NCBI GenBank assembly: GCA_963924565.1
Contig: OZ004615.1
Coordinates: 16,492,001-16,556,000 of the forward strand
Origin: Ascidiella aspersa
Taxonomy: Eukaryota
Length of the DNA: 64,000 nucleotides
Direction of reading: 5' to 3'
Shown here: positions 1-12,969 of the stretch, piece by piece
How the letters are laid out: each line of letters opens with the position of its first letter
Position numbering within the stretch: position 1 is the stretch's first letter
The notes under the pieces: model-generated
What the model was told of the DNA's origin: nothing
Database searches by the model: none
Seen by the model: only the letters and a program-made list of their open reading frames with translations
Made by a program: the position numbers and the translations under genes

Positions 1-162
1 CTCAGCAACAATTTCTAAATGACGGCCATATCAGTTTTAAAATTTGGTATCAAGCACCCATGTCGGTCTCTGGACTCGGGTAGTTTTATGTGGTCTTACT
101 CGAGTCCGGAGTCCGACTCCGAATCCGCAGCCCTGGCTGTATTCTACCGTATATGTCAATAG

Positions 163-551
163 AAGCAACGCTGTGGCAATGGGTACTACTGCGGGAGCGA
201 TTGGTAGTATTATAACCCCGTTTATCATCGCGCTTCAATCCAACATCTTCTGGCTTCCCAACGTTATCTTCGGCGTTGTTACCCTTTTCACCGCCGTCCT
301 GGCCTTTCGCTTTCCTGAAACCAATCACATCGACATGTTGGAGAACTTAGCGGACGCTGAGCTTTTTTACGCAGGAAAATCACTGCAGACAAATGGGTAA
401 GACATCGTGGCGTATTTTCCACTTTTGCAAGTGTTACATTCAACTACAGGAGTACGCGTTGTTTCGATTTATTTTTAGCAATACGGAAGGAAAAGAAAAC
501 GAGGCATTCTGGGAAAGCAGCAAAGAAATTGCGACTGCGACCAAGCTGTAG
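163..551 (+). CDS. SLC22-family organic ion transporter, last two exons (163-396, 479-551); rest of gene lies upstream of the window
   Basis: Exon reads (R)SNAVAMGTTAGAIGSIITPF...FRFPETNH, matching SLC22 TM11-12 and the PET motif. GT donor at 397, AG acceptor at 477-478. Last exon GNTEGKENEAFWESSKEIATATKL* ends in a class-I PDZ-type T-K-L. AATAAA at 708-713. Confidence 0.85.
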
Positions 552-2479
552 TGAACACTATTTTTATTTGTGTAACTTGTTAATTGTGTATTTTCTTATA
601 ACCTAACGCCAGCATCTTTAATTTAATTATTTGCTTCATAATAAGCAATACGTCTTCAATGCACACAAATTTAACAGTTTCTTCCATATTGTACAGAAGA
701 AATATACAATAAAGGTATATTAAATATAAAAAATGTATTTGTAAAAAGTATGTTCTATACTGATAAAGTTATATATAGCCAAATGTTTTATTGTTTTGTT
801 GTAAGCGTCATTCACATGTTTTATCTCATCACATATCAAGCACGCCAAACATTTTGATAAGGCTTTTTGGGGCTACCCTGTTACCATATTTTTTCCAAAG
901 TATTACCCATATTGCAGGGGTGGCCAGCCAAGCCAGAGACCAAGAGCCACGTTTTTACTTGATTAACCGCAACAAGTCACAAACGTTACGCATGTTAATA
1001 ACAGGAATTAATAACACCCTGTTCATTATTCACTGACACACATGTCTTTTCTCGGCTAGATTTTAATAATTATTGAGGTTGCACACTTACAATGTTATAA
1101 GTATACATAAGCGACTATATAGTTATTGACAATGGAACAAATAAATGTCATAATGCTGTCAAAGTTACTAAAATATATTGACTTGGCTGTATAAAAAGTT
1201 ATAGGATCTAATCATGGATGGATCCCGTTATTTTGTTCGAGAAGCCTGGTAAAAAATAAGTCTTGTACACAAATCCGGAACGGAAATCAAACATATAAAG
1301 TATTCTAATACTTTTGCAATACACATTGGGCTCAAACCATAGCAAATATTTTTTACAAGGTGGCGCAGCACGGAATTGTGGATGACGCAAGGCAATACAA
1401 TACCTATAGAATGGAATTAGATGCACTTTTTCATTGATTTTTTCCACCTTAAACCCACAATACATGATAAGAAAATATTCGACCATTTGCTACTACACTT
1501 TTTCAATTTACAGCTAGCTTCCTTATCAGTTTCGAATTGGTAATGCGCATGCGCACGTCGGACTTGGGACTCGTAGTCTTGAGTTTTATGTAGTCTTACT
1601 TAAGTCCCGAAATTTTATGAAATTTTAAGCTGAACAAGGTAGGCTATCACTGTGTGGTAATAAAGCGAGATAAGTCAAGTCGCTTTTACAACCAAGAATC
1701 TCTAGAATTTATATTTGTTATCTGTAGAAACTGTTTCTATTTTTGTTTTTCACGATCTTGCAATAGTAAACAAAGGTCTGAAAAATTTATTACGGTGTCG
1801 AATCACATGTTGGTTTAGACCAGGGGTCGCACTGTATTATTTACAACAGAAAAGCGATAACTAAAATTGGGCAGAAATGAGAAAACATACTAAAATTTTG
1901 AATTTTGATGATGTTTTCAATTAGGCTTGATTTCACTCTAAGGTGTGTGTGTCAAACGTAATTAATTATTAGGTGCCAACAACCTGATAAGATGAGAAAT
2001 AAAGCGTGAAAGGTTAGGTGCAAAAGTCGAGACGCGATATGATTTACATGAGTGAGAAAGAAGGAGGAAAGCGAAAACACGCGTATACCAAACGATAAAG
2101 CTGAGAAACAATAACGCACACACAAACGATAAAATCGGTGCAACATTATATAGCTATACAAAGTGTGACTCACCAAGAGACTGTGTGTTTTTCAAAAAAA
2201 TGTATTAGGAATTGACCACTAACATTGGAAAAAATCTGATTGACATTCAGCCTAATTTAATCCAAAAATGCATAATTTTTTTCCAAAAAAGGGCTAAGAA
2301 GTAGCCTTCAAATGTATAAACAACAGACGTTTCCCAAAAAATCCCCGCTTTTGCTGTTCAAAATTTTAGTCTAACGGCTTCTATTTAAACGCTTAAAGTA
2401 AATAATAGAAGTTGTAAGATCACAAATTTAACGAATATTAAACTGATGCAATTTTCTTATACCAAACCATTTTGCAAAG

Positions 2480-5400
2480 TTAGCTGCGAATTTCCAGCTT
2501 AATGTCGCACAGTGTTGGCGCCACGACAGTAAAAAAGATCTCTTTGTCGAGTGGTGGCAAATCCGCGTGGGCACAACGAACAGTAAACCTTTGGAGTAAC
2601 TTCACAAAAAAGATGAAGATTTCAACCCGAGCCAAGCTCTCGCCAAGGCAAAACCGTGGACCGATGGAAAACGGAATAATCTTGTTAGAGAAAATGAACT
2701 TTCCGGTGTCGTCTACGTGTCTGTTCGGATTAAACTTTTCCGGATCGGGCCAGGTCTCTGGATCCATATGCACCCCGTACAAATTTGCAGTAACCTATGA
2801 AGTGGACAATACATATGGTAAAAAAATAATCTGCATTCATTTTGGCCTTTATGACTTAGATTCTTAGAAGAAACCTCAACTACGTAATGTAAACAAGTCG
2901 TTTTGAAATGACTTAAGTCCAAGTCAAGTCTTTTTGAATAAAAAAACAAGTCAAGTCCCAGTCCAAGTCATCGGTTGCCCAAGTCAAGTCCCAGTCAAGT
3001 TATAGTAAGATCAAGTCAACTTCAAGTCAAGTCTCAAAAGTAAACCTTTAAACTATTAAAACTGACTAACTCCTCCGATTATAAGCAATAGCATATAAGT
3101 AAAGAATAACATGAACGCAACATTTAGCAAGCAAATTGTTTTACGTGCAACTATTAGGATGAATAACCCAATTTTATAAATATTTAATGAAAACAATTTA
3201 TAAATATTTAACCCAAGTCATTGGTCCAAATGACTTAAGTCATTAAGTCAAGTCATTAGCCCAAACGATTTAAGTCAATTAAAGTCATTTGAAAACAGTG
3301 ACTTAAGTGCACTTAAGTCAAGCCATTAGCTTATGTCATTACAACACTGAATATAACCATGGTAATTGTTAATATACGCAGCTCAGACTGACACCATGGA
3401 AACTCACAGTGGTGCCTTTCGGCAGTACAAAGCCTTTCAATGTGACTTGTTCCGAAGTGCGGTGGTGTAAGGCTAACGGGAGAAGAGTCTTTATTCTCAT
3501 CACTTCTTGAATAAAGGCGCACGTAACCGGCATGTCACGTCTTTTCGACATCGTAGGAATACCTGACATTCCTGGTAAAAAATATATGGCAATTTAATGC
3601 ATATATTTTGTGTAGCCTACTTTGCTTTAGTTAAAAAACATTACAAAAAAATAATTTTGATTAAAGATTCAGGGAATCAGACAAGATTTTTTTGCGAGAT
3701 ATGTATACATTAGGTTTAGAGACAATCTACCAATTACATTTGAGTTCTAAAAAGTTTGGGTTTTGTGGATCCTTTCCGAGAACAAACTATTTTAGTATGT
3801 TATAATGAATCACGAGCGATGGACCGTTCCTTAAACGTTGTAGCCTACAGTAAAACCAATATGGCCACTTTTATAGATAAATACAAGTAACAAAGTTGGC
3901 TTTATGTAACAGTTAAGATTAACGTTCGAGGTGATTGTAAATTCCTTATTATTTATTAATAAGTCGCCATTTTTCTGATTTCAACGGTAGCAAACTTAAA
4001 ATTAACTGCTTTACCCAAAATTTGATCGATTTCTTTGTTGATCTGTTTCTGGTAATCCGGATAATTCAAGTAGTAAACAAACAACCAAGTCAAGGTTGTG
4101 CTGGTTGTGTCTGACCCACCCAATAAAAAATCTTGACAGAGCGTTATTAACTGTACATCCTACAAACAAAATACTGTTTAAAGCTCTACATTTCACATAA
4201 CGCTGTGCTTTTAAACTGTGCTTCGTGGCGCCCTGGTCGTGGTTTGAGGGCGTCGCACAATATTTCCTTTTCTTATCTCTACTTAATTGCAGTAATACAA
4301 TTCTTGCAAAATTTTTGTACTCTGGCATATGTGTTTGAACAAATTCTTATGAAAAAAACGGCAGCAATCGCTTTTGATTTTGTGAAACATACAGATAAAT
4401 TGCCTTTTCTGTAAAATGTAAATGAAATTTAGTGAAATTGATATCGCTTGTGTTCTGTCGCAAGTCAAGCAAACGTCTCCAAAGGCCTCGATCAAAAGGT
4501 TTGAGAACACTGTGCACATCAAACATGGATGGCCGTTTTTACTTTAAGCAATGGAGTTGCGAAAACTATTGATTGTATAATTATAAAGATTTACGAATAT
4601 CCCAGATAGGTTTCTAATATATCAAAAGTGTAGGTGTGCTGCCTCACAGACTTATTGCCAATGAAAATCGTATGAATTGATGTTGTTGTATAAAAGTTTT
4701 CAAACACAACAGGGTAAAATATAGCAATTTCTATTCAGTTGTAAAAAGCCAATACAATGCTTCATTGGTATTTCACTGCTGCTTACTGAAAATCCTGACT
4801 GTTCGGTTGTTTTACTCTTTCGTTGCTCATACAAATATGCGTCGATAAAATCGTTCACATTGTCGGGATCAAACTGTTTCCGATGCTCTTCAACTCTATC
4901 TCTCAAAAAATCTGTAAATTTTAAAGTTGTTATCGTGATATTGGCAAGCATGCTTATTAGGCCTGATTGTTAGGGGGGAAACGTTTTCGCTTAGTTATAC
5001 TAAAAACACTATATAACCTTGTTTGAACACTTGGGGATTGACCTATCAAATATTTATACTGCTTACCCCTTAACGTAGATTTAGTGTCAAGATTGAACTT
5101 ATATTGTTTGATATAAACAAAGGGTGGAATTTTCCGCCGTTTGTATTGTGATCCGCCGTTTAGGGCTTTAAAGGGGTTTGTTTAATAAACTGTAACATTT
5201 TTAGTCACATAGTACAATTTCGCATTATTGCTGCGCACTTGAATATGAAAGTAAATGGTACGGTTCCGGGTTAGAAGGAACGTGTTATTTTGTTCAGTAT
5301 AGAGCGGAGAGGATAAACAATACTTTACAGAACTAATCGATAACATAAAAATATGTCTTTTCGATCTTATAACATAACAATTTGTTAATCAATTTTGTTT

Positions 5401-8400
5401 TAATGACTTAAAGTCAATGACTTGACTTAAGTGCACTTAAGTCACTGCTTTCAAATGACTTGACTTGTCATAAGTCTTTTAGACAAATTACTTGACTTAG
5501 GCTTAATTTATTGAGTTAAATGACTTGGGTTGAAATAAAAGGATTTTATTTACCATTTTAGTATAAAATTGAGTTTTGCACATAAAACGATTAGATTCCT
5601 ACATGTTGTTTTTTTGGAATTTTTTAGTTGAATTATTATTGCTTATAATCGTACGAGTTTACCTATTATAATGGTTTATCGTTTTATTATTGTTAGTGGT
5701 TTGACTCGGAGACGACTTGCTGTAATAATGACTTGACTGGGACTGGACTTGGGCAACTGATGACTTGGACTGGGAATTGAATTGTTATTTTTGGATGACT
5801 TGACTTGGACTTAAGTTATTTCACAAATGACTCGACTGGGACTTAACTTTACAACACTGTTGTAGACATTAGCTGTCACATGTATTTACTCCTAAGTCGC
5901 AACGTCAGTTACTATATTTAAAAAAAATATGTAAACTGAAGATTATTCGAAAGACTTTCCCTATTTTTTACCATATAATTTTTGAAAATTAGCCTAACGT
6001 TCTGTTGGAATCTATACCTGTTATGTACAGGAGTCTTTTATCAAATATCCGAACAGCTTCTGCAAATGGTGGGATTCGTGCGAGAAAACTCAAACCAAAT
6101 ATCATCCTTAATCTTTTTGCGTATTTTCGATCAGAAAATCTGAAAAAACAAAGGAATATTGCTCGAACAAAAACACAATAAATTGAATGATGTCGACGTA
6201 CAGCATTTCCACCGTATTGACTACATTGTTGAACTCCTTATCAGCATATTCGTACCGCCTTCCCAATGTGGTTTGCAAAATCACGTTCGACGTCAGCAAA
6301 AACAAGTATTTCTTTAAAAATAATCATTATTATATTTCTTTTTTATGTGTTTTATGATACGATGTATCCATTAATGACGGATTTCAGCAGATACCCTATG
6401 TAAAGTGATAGTATTCGTACTGGTTGGACAAGTGGTTGTAAAATGAGGAGAACCTGGCTCCCTAAGGAAGGAACTTTTAACTTTGTGGAACAATTTGTTT
6501 ACCAGAGAGGAATCGGAAAGAAAATTCCGTTTTTATATATGCAATAAAAATGCTTCTCTGTAGTGAATGCTGTTGTACAATGTAAAGACCATAATCATAT
6601 ATTGTTTCTTCACAGTAGTCTAACGGCAACAATTTATGTATAGTCTAGCGCAGTGCTCTTCAACCTACAACTTATAAATTAAAAAATAAAAAAAAATAAT
6701 ACCTTCTCCTTCGCATTTCACACAAATAGAAAATGGTTTTGTCATGCACTATATCTATATTCTTACCTAAACAGTATAGTTGTATAATTTTATGGTTTCA
6801 ACTTCTGAATTCTATTTCGTTTAAACGTTCAATGTCTTCCGATCCTCTATACTCTAAAAAGCCTTTTCTTAACTTTTCTTGGTAGCCTACATTTCTAGTT
6901 CGAATTAACTCCTAATTTGAAGCTAGCCTAATAGCCTATTGATTCTTTATTGTCTTGTGTCGGTAACGTTATTCTTCGCAAATTGATACTTTTTTAGTTT
7001 ATTGGCAGCATCCTTATCCCTTAGTTACTTAATTGTTACGAGATTTGCTGTTTAAATTTATCAACTTTTTTACGGTGACGGCATAGGTTAGGTAACGTGA
7101 CGCGAACATTATAGTATAAAATGAATAACTAGAGCTTACACACCAATATTCTACAATTTTTGTTACAAAAACTTGGCTTTACACAGAAAAACCTATATTT
7201 TGAATAAAAAATAATTTATGGCACTTACGAAATTCTATATAGCATAGGCTTAAAGTTGAATGAAAAAATGTTTTATATGCTACAGATTTTGAAATGCACA
7301 GCAGAAAAATTCACACTTTTAACCAAAATATTTCAATTACTTTACTTGATTACCTTTAAGTTTATAACGTCACCAGGTTTATGTGTGTTCTTCAAATATT
7401 CCACCAATTTATCCCCTTCCTCGTTAATTTGCATTTCCAACTCTTTCTTTCCAAGGCCCTTCCTACCGAAATTGCAATTAAATTGAATGTATTGGAAATT
7501 AAATAGTTAACTAATGGCATATCATACTAAAACACACAATACTGAAGGTATTGCATTACTTATATATACAGATTTTACATTATTATAGTGTTTAAAACCT
7601 TGACTCAAGTTAAGTCTTTTGACTTATGAGTTATGACTTTGACCATAAACTGACAAGTTTTCCATTTTTTATTTTTTATAGTTTAACGTTTATTATTATG
7701 TGATTGAATTGACTTGAAGTTAACTCGATCCAATAAACGATTGAACTTGTTATTTTTGTTGCAAATGGTTTGACTTAAACTAAAGTTGTTTTGCAAATAA
7801 CTTGAATGGGAAGAAAGGCATTTTAAAACGACTTATTTGTCATATTATAAGATTAAGAAACTGTCAAATCCCTAACTATTCTGTTCAAACAGTTGTTCAA
7901 TGACATATTTTATGTGTAAGAAGTAGGCCTACAGTATATTGTACAACGTTTAAACCCACAAATGAAGGTACTATAACATAATGATAATCACCCTTACACA
8001 CATCAATTTATATAAAAACCGAAAGCACAGGTTATTGAGATAAGTTACATGGTAATTTCACATAATGGCCTAACGCTTTACGCGACAATTAACAACTTTA
8101 TAATAACTTCCTAATTAAAAGTTAATACTTTGCATAAATCTATGATCACAGACATTTTCTACAGTGCATAATATAACAACTATAGATGTGCTTGTTTACA
8201 TTAGCGCAAGCGATATAGCATTTTGTATTCCTTGAATAAACCGTGAAGTTGTGCAAACTTTATCCAACTAGTATATTAAGGGTTGAAATTGAATTAAATT
8301 TTGCAGGAGCCGGATGTGTCTAATACCACCCCGCACACGCCAACGAAATTACACACGATCGAAATGCCGAACGCGTCTGTAAATTATGGTCCTTTTAAAC

Positions 8401-9500
8401 TGTTTTTCAATGATTTAACCTGCCTAAGGATAAAACGGATAGTGATCCATTTTACCACACAATTTGTTAGTCATATTGAATGATTATGCTTTTGGCAAGT
8501 TGTTAGTTTTTTTATCCACAATAATCGGTCCCTGTAAAATACAATTATTTAGTGATCTTTTGTTTTGTCATTTCGAACAAATATCATTAATCGATTTAAA
8601 TGCTTTCCTAACAGGGCTTGGAAGCCCTGTTAAAGAGCATTAGCTCCGGCTCCAGGTTTAAACCAGACCGATTTCTGTTGCTCACTTATGAGACTGAATT
8701 ATCTCCGACAGCACTGACAAAATATTGCCAATTAAATAAGAGAAACTCTTGAGCGTATTTTACTGTTTCAAATAGCATAATACTCACTCTCGTAGATATT
8801 TTAAAGCAAAATGCTTTTGTGTTTTGAAATCATCATCATATTTTTTGCAAGCAATACCACATTGATCTGCCAATCTGCAGAACAGGTACGTCCATGGACG
8901 GTCAGAAAACATGTTTCCTTGCTTTACGAAAGCCTAAACAATATTTAGTACAGTAAAATCCCAATATATAACTGAAAAGTGTTCACAAACATTTTTCGAA
9001 CTGCACTTCGTGTTACGTTCTCTTATTAATGCCAGAAAAACGGGATTATTGTTTTCCTAAGGCGCAAGGAAAACGATTTGATGAACCTAATGGCAAAGTA
9101 ACATTTTTATGGTAGCTTTAGTAAAACTTGAAAAAACTACCTTCATTTTTCATGTGAGAACAACTCTTAATGAATTTCGAATTATAGTGTTTGTCATAAA
9201 AATTACCTTGTTAATAACTTCAAACGTGTTTAAAACGACAACTTTTTTCATTCCCAAGCGCACTGACATGATAGGTCCATATTTTTCAAGACTCCACTTT
9301 TTCAAAACCTTTGCAGGAGATTTTGACAAGTATGGCAGCACCCCAACAACTGGAAAGCCGATTGGTCCAGGTGGGAATTTAACCTCTGTCTGTGACCGCC
9401 AGTATATATACAGCAAACATGCCACAAAGCTAAGATAAACCCAACTATTTCGGTAAGAAACCAAGTCAACCAGGCCTTGTAAAATTGCGTGCGACTCCAT
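2480..9500 (-). CDS. Cytochrome P450, CYP2 clan, copy A (intact, 9 exons, 509 aa)
   Basis: Exons 9500-9207, 8933-8788, 7462-7354, 6311-6202, 6139-6018, 4911-4787, 4159-4015, 3571-3408 and 2794-2480 total 1530 nt in frame, all GT-AG. N-terminal anchor plus PPGP; DFIDAYL; I-helix GGSDTT; K-helix EVMR; heme motif FSIGPRFCLG. Confidence 0.93.
2895..3348. mobile_element. CAAGT-rich MITE-like element in CYP intron 8
   Basis: Sub-terminal arrays of CAAGT/AAGTC, ending TTACAACACTG. The same family occurs inverted at ~5400-5858, as relics at ~7590-7840, ~38905-39000, ~48697-48830 and ~57015-57155, and in the duplicated unit. Confidence 0.7.
5400..5858. mobile_element. CAAGT/GACTT-rich MITE-like element (opposite orientation) in CYP intron 5
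   Basis: GACTT arrays that are the reverse complement of 2895-3348; terminus TTACAACACTG. Confidence 0.7.
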
Positions 9501-10421
9501 TCTTTGGGCTTTAGGTAACTGGTACTGTCAGCAGAAAAGTGTTTCTGTTGTCAACTTTGTTGATTAAACTTCACCTTCTCTTTTTGCCAAACGTATGTCT
9601 AACGTGAAACGAGAAAACGCTGAAATTCAGACTTATCACATATCATGTTACGGGCGCTGTATGGTGTTTGTCGTACGTAACTATTTCCTGTACGTGATCA
9701 AGTGTAACGGCTGAGCTGTTTTTGTGCAGTAGAGCCGAGCTGTTTTTGTGCAGTAGAGCCGTGCCGTGCACCCTTTTTTCACTTGGGGCACATCAAGGTA
9801 GCTAAAGCAATTCAGTTGCAAAGCTCCAAACATATGTCATTCGACAATAAACTAAATGATTAAATGTCCAAGGCACTTAAGAACAATACCGTTTTCAAGG
9901 CACTTAAGAACAATACCTTAAATGCTGCGAAGGTGCCAACAATTTGAAGTATTTGAAACATTGATCTTATGATTTTGCGGTTCTTCATGGAATATATTAG
10001 GCCCTTAAAAATCCTGACAGCACTAGTCTTCTGGTGGTTTAGCTTGACGAAAAAATTAAAATTTTAATACTTGACTTCCGACGATTTAACGCAAGATCAC
10101 ACGAGATCCAACTACAGGATCGGAGGCCAAATGTGGACCGCAATTTTTTTTTCTTATTTTTTAGGCCACTAAAGAAACCAAGAATTATTTTCAAATGGCT
10201 CGCTATCAAAGAACCGGACCACACTTTGCTGCATTTGTTTCTTTTTTACTTCGCCTATGGTGTAAGTGCCCCGCAAACTTTGCCAACTTTTAACATGTAA
10301 ACTAATTTTCTTTCACGCTTTGCTAAAATATTCTTTGATTTTATAGTATATTATGCATTATGGGGTAGCCAACCTGTTGATCGCCGCATAATACCTGCTC
10401 GATCGCGTCGAAAATGTCTTA

Positions 10422-10629
10422 CGTCATTACAGTAGCTGTCGCACCGCGGTAGCTGTCGCACAGCGTCGTGACAGTAGCTGTAGCACCGCGTCATTACAGT
10501 AGCTGTAGCACCGCGGTAGCTGTCGGCTGTCGCACAGCGTCATTACAGTAGCTGGAGCACCGCGTCATTACAGTAGCTGTAGCACCCCGGTAGCTGTCGT
10601 ACAGCGTCATTACAGTAGCTGTCGCACAG
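10422..10629. repeat. GC-rich compound minisatellite upstream of CYP copy A
   Basis: Alternating modules CGTCATTACAGTAGCTGT(C/A)GCAC(C/A)G and CGGTAGCTGTCGCACAG, preceded by a hAT-like terminus GGGGTAGCCAACC at ~10362. Confidence 0.9.
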
Positions 10630-11645
10630 ATTGAAATGACCAATTGTTGTCTGGACAAGCCTAACAAGCATGCAAAACGTAACAAATTAACCTTGATCGC
10701 AATCAAACATACTTTGCCTACACCAGCATTATGGCAAGCCAATATTTTCAGCATTGAGGAACTGTGTTATACTGTGTTCTATTTTTACCTTTTCTGTGTA
10801 TCCATCCTCCACAGCCTAGATAAGCGCAATGTAAGCTTTTATCTGTTTGTTCGAACTATTAGGGTGAGATCACATAGCCTAGTGCATAATTTTATGCGAC
10901 CAATGAGTCAAGTACAAGGTTTTGCAAATTAGAAAAGAAAACAAATAAACGAATTCGTGCAACTTAGGTTTAGTTGCATAATTGCACACCATGCAGTTTG
11001 TTCAAGGTAAATTCTGAAAATATTTTCCATGCCTCCCACCCCCTCAATAACGGCTCTAAAAAATGTCTTCCTAATCTATATTTATTTCAATATTATTTTT
11101 AAACCTTCAATTTTATACCTGCAGTAACTAAACCCCTTACTATTTTGTTCAAGTTACTTTACGAGTTTACGTGAACTTAATTTTCCGTTGTTAGGTCGTA
11201 ATTACACATTTTCGGGGTAGTGATGTGAATGAATACGGCTTAATCAGTGAGTTTATTTGTTTTTTCACTACATCGAAACAGTACTTAAAAATGTTAAAGT
11301 TTTGACAATTTGAGTATATGACTCTTAATTAACCATCTGCAACAGGGTTCTGCGATCATCAAGCTTGTCGAGTACTTTTTCGAAGCTTGCTTAAAAATAA
11401 TTCTACGCACACCGTAAATCTATCACGTGTGATTAGTAAAGCACATAGTCTTTATATTGACGCTGTCTTATTACAAAATTTGAAAAACTGAAAATCAAAC
11501 ATACAAACAGACTTTCGTAGAGTGTTCCTTGTGTGAACACAGAGCTTTTAAAATACTTTTCCATTAGGAATCTAAATTGTTAACAAATAAGGTTGACGGT
11601 GCGATACAAGACAAATACTTGTTAAATCAAGACGAAAAAAATGCA

Positions 11646-12268
11646 TTAGTCATAAGAAAAACGTATATTTGTTCCTTGAAGTTTGGATTGAAAAATTTCG
11701 TCAATTTCTTTGGGTTGTTCACTGCTAAAATAATTCTTCCAATCGCCGACTTTTCCTATATAAAAGAATTATAAGGTGTTTAATTTTGTTTTACCTTTTA
11801 TCGGCAAAGGACATCGTGAAACTATTGTAAAATATTTAAAAAAATTTTAGTCATGCAATTCCTAAACTTGTGCGCACTGATTACTCTCATTAAAGATTGT
11901 TCCTTCGAGTAAAAAACATAAAGATCTCATAAAGCTACTGGTTAAAAATTATTTTAATATTTTAAGTTCATTTAAAGGACGTTTTTTTGTGTAGTTGTAC
12001 CACTTATAATAATTCTTTAACCATTTTATAACATAAAACCACCATGGTTAAAATATTTGAAAATTCTTTTAGCGAAAAGTATTTCTTTAACGCGGAGAAG
12101 AGAACGCATTCGCGGTATAAATTTTAGCAGCAATAAAGGTTATTAAAATGAAGTCGGAAGGTTTCACATAACCCAAGATAACACTACAATTAGTACATAG
12201 CCCGAACAATAGCAAAATATTTAATGACAGAAATCGTTTTGTCGGCAATATTTTTTTTATCGGCAAAT

Positions 12269-12299
<31 letters not shown>

Positions 12300-12643
12300 T
12301 ATGATCTATAGAATAATTTAGAGTTGGCCTTACTACTTTAAATTGTCGACTTAATTTGTTTAATATGTAACTGTATAACGCACTTCTATCGCTTTCCTTG
12401 TTTAAAAATAAGACACGTTTTTTTAGATTGCAAAATAGATAGGGTTATTGTTTTGTAGCACAAGCAACACGCACCTTTCCTTAAGATGACAGAGTGAGCT
12501 TGGTGAAGCTGTCCGTCGCTTGTAGCTTTGACATCACTCTTCATCGTTTCGATCGTGCAACTTTCTCCTATCGACTTTGCCGCTTCGGGCGCAAGTTCAA
12601 CTTCAAGGAACGCGGCCAATTTTTTGATTTCACGCGCAAGGTC
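11646..12643 (-). pseudogene. Orphan duplicate of sulfotransferase exons 6-7 (12643-12475, 11755-11646)
   Basis: DLAREIKKLAAFLEV...LRKG|KVGDWKNYF...RFSYD*, with splice sites intact. Exons 1-5 are absent because the duplication junction at 13363 cuts intron 5. Confidence 0.88.
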
Positions 12644-12969
12644 CTTTAAAGAATTGTTTTAATTGATGTTAGTCGAAAAGATAACTACCAATTATGCGTT
12701 CATAAGTGATTAGAACCAACGTATAACTCAGGAAGTGTACTGGGGCTTATAGTGGAAAGACAATAAAATCAGTCGAAGATATGAAAAATGTATTTCTATG
12801 GATCGCTTTATACTATAAGAAAATATTTAGTTGTACATTCTTTCTATACAATAGGATAAGACTATAATAAAATAAACCGTTTAATTAAAAGTAACTTATA
12901 ACGTAACATTTTCTAAGCCTAAAATTCGGCACGTCGCTTTGCGATGACATAGTAGGCTATAGTTTACAA

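Noticed and set aside
791-2176. Short ORFs conserved between the two duplicate units
   Set aside because: Conservation just reflects the recent duplication. Several are broken by stops or frameshifts in one copy, and they overlap MITE relics.
10422-10629. CRISPR-like array
   Set aside because: No unique spacers; it is a tandem minisatellite in eukaryotic DNA with no cas genes.
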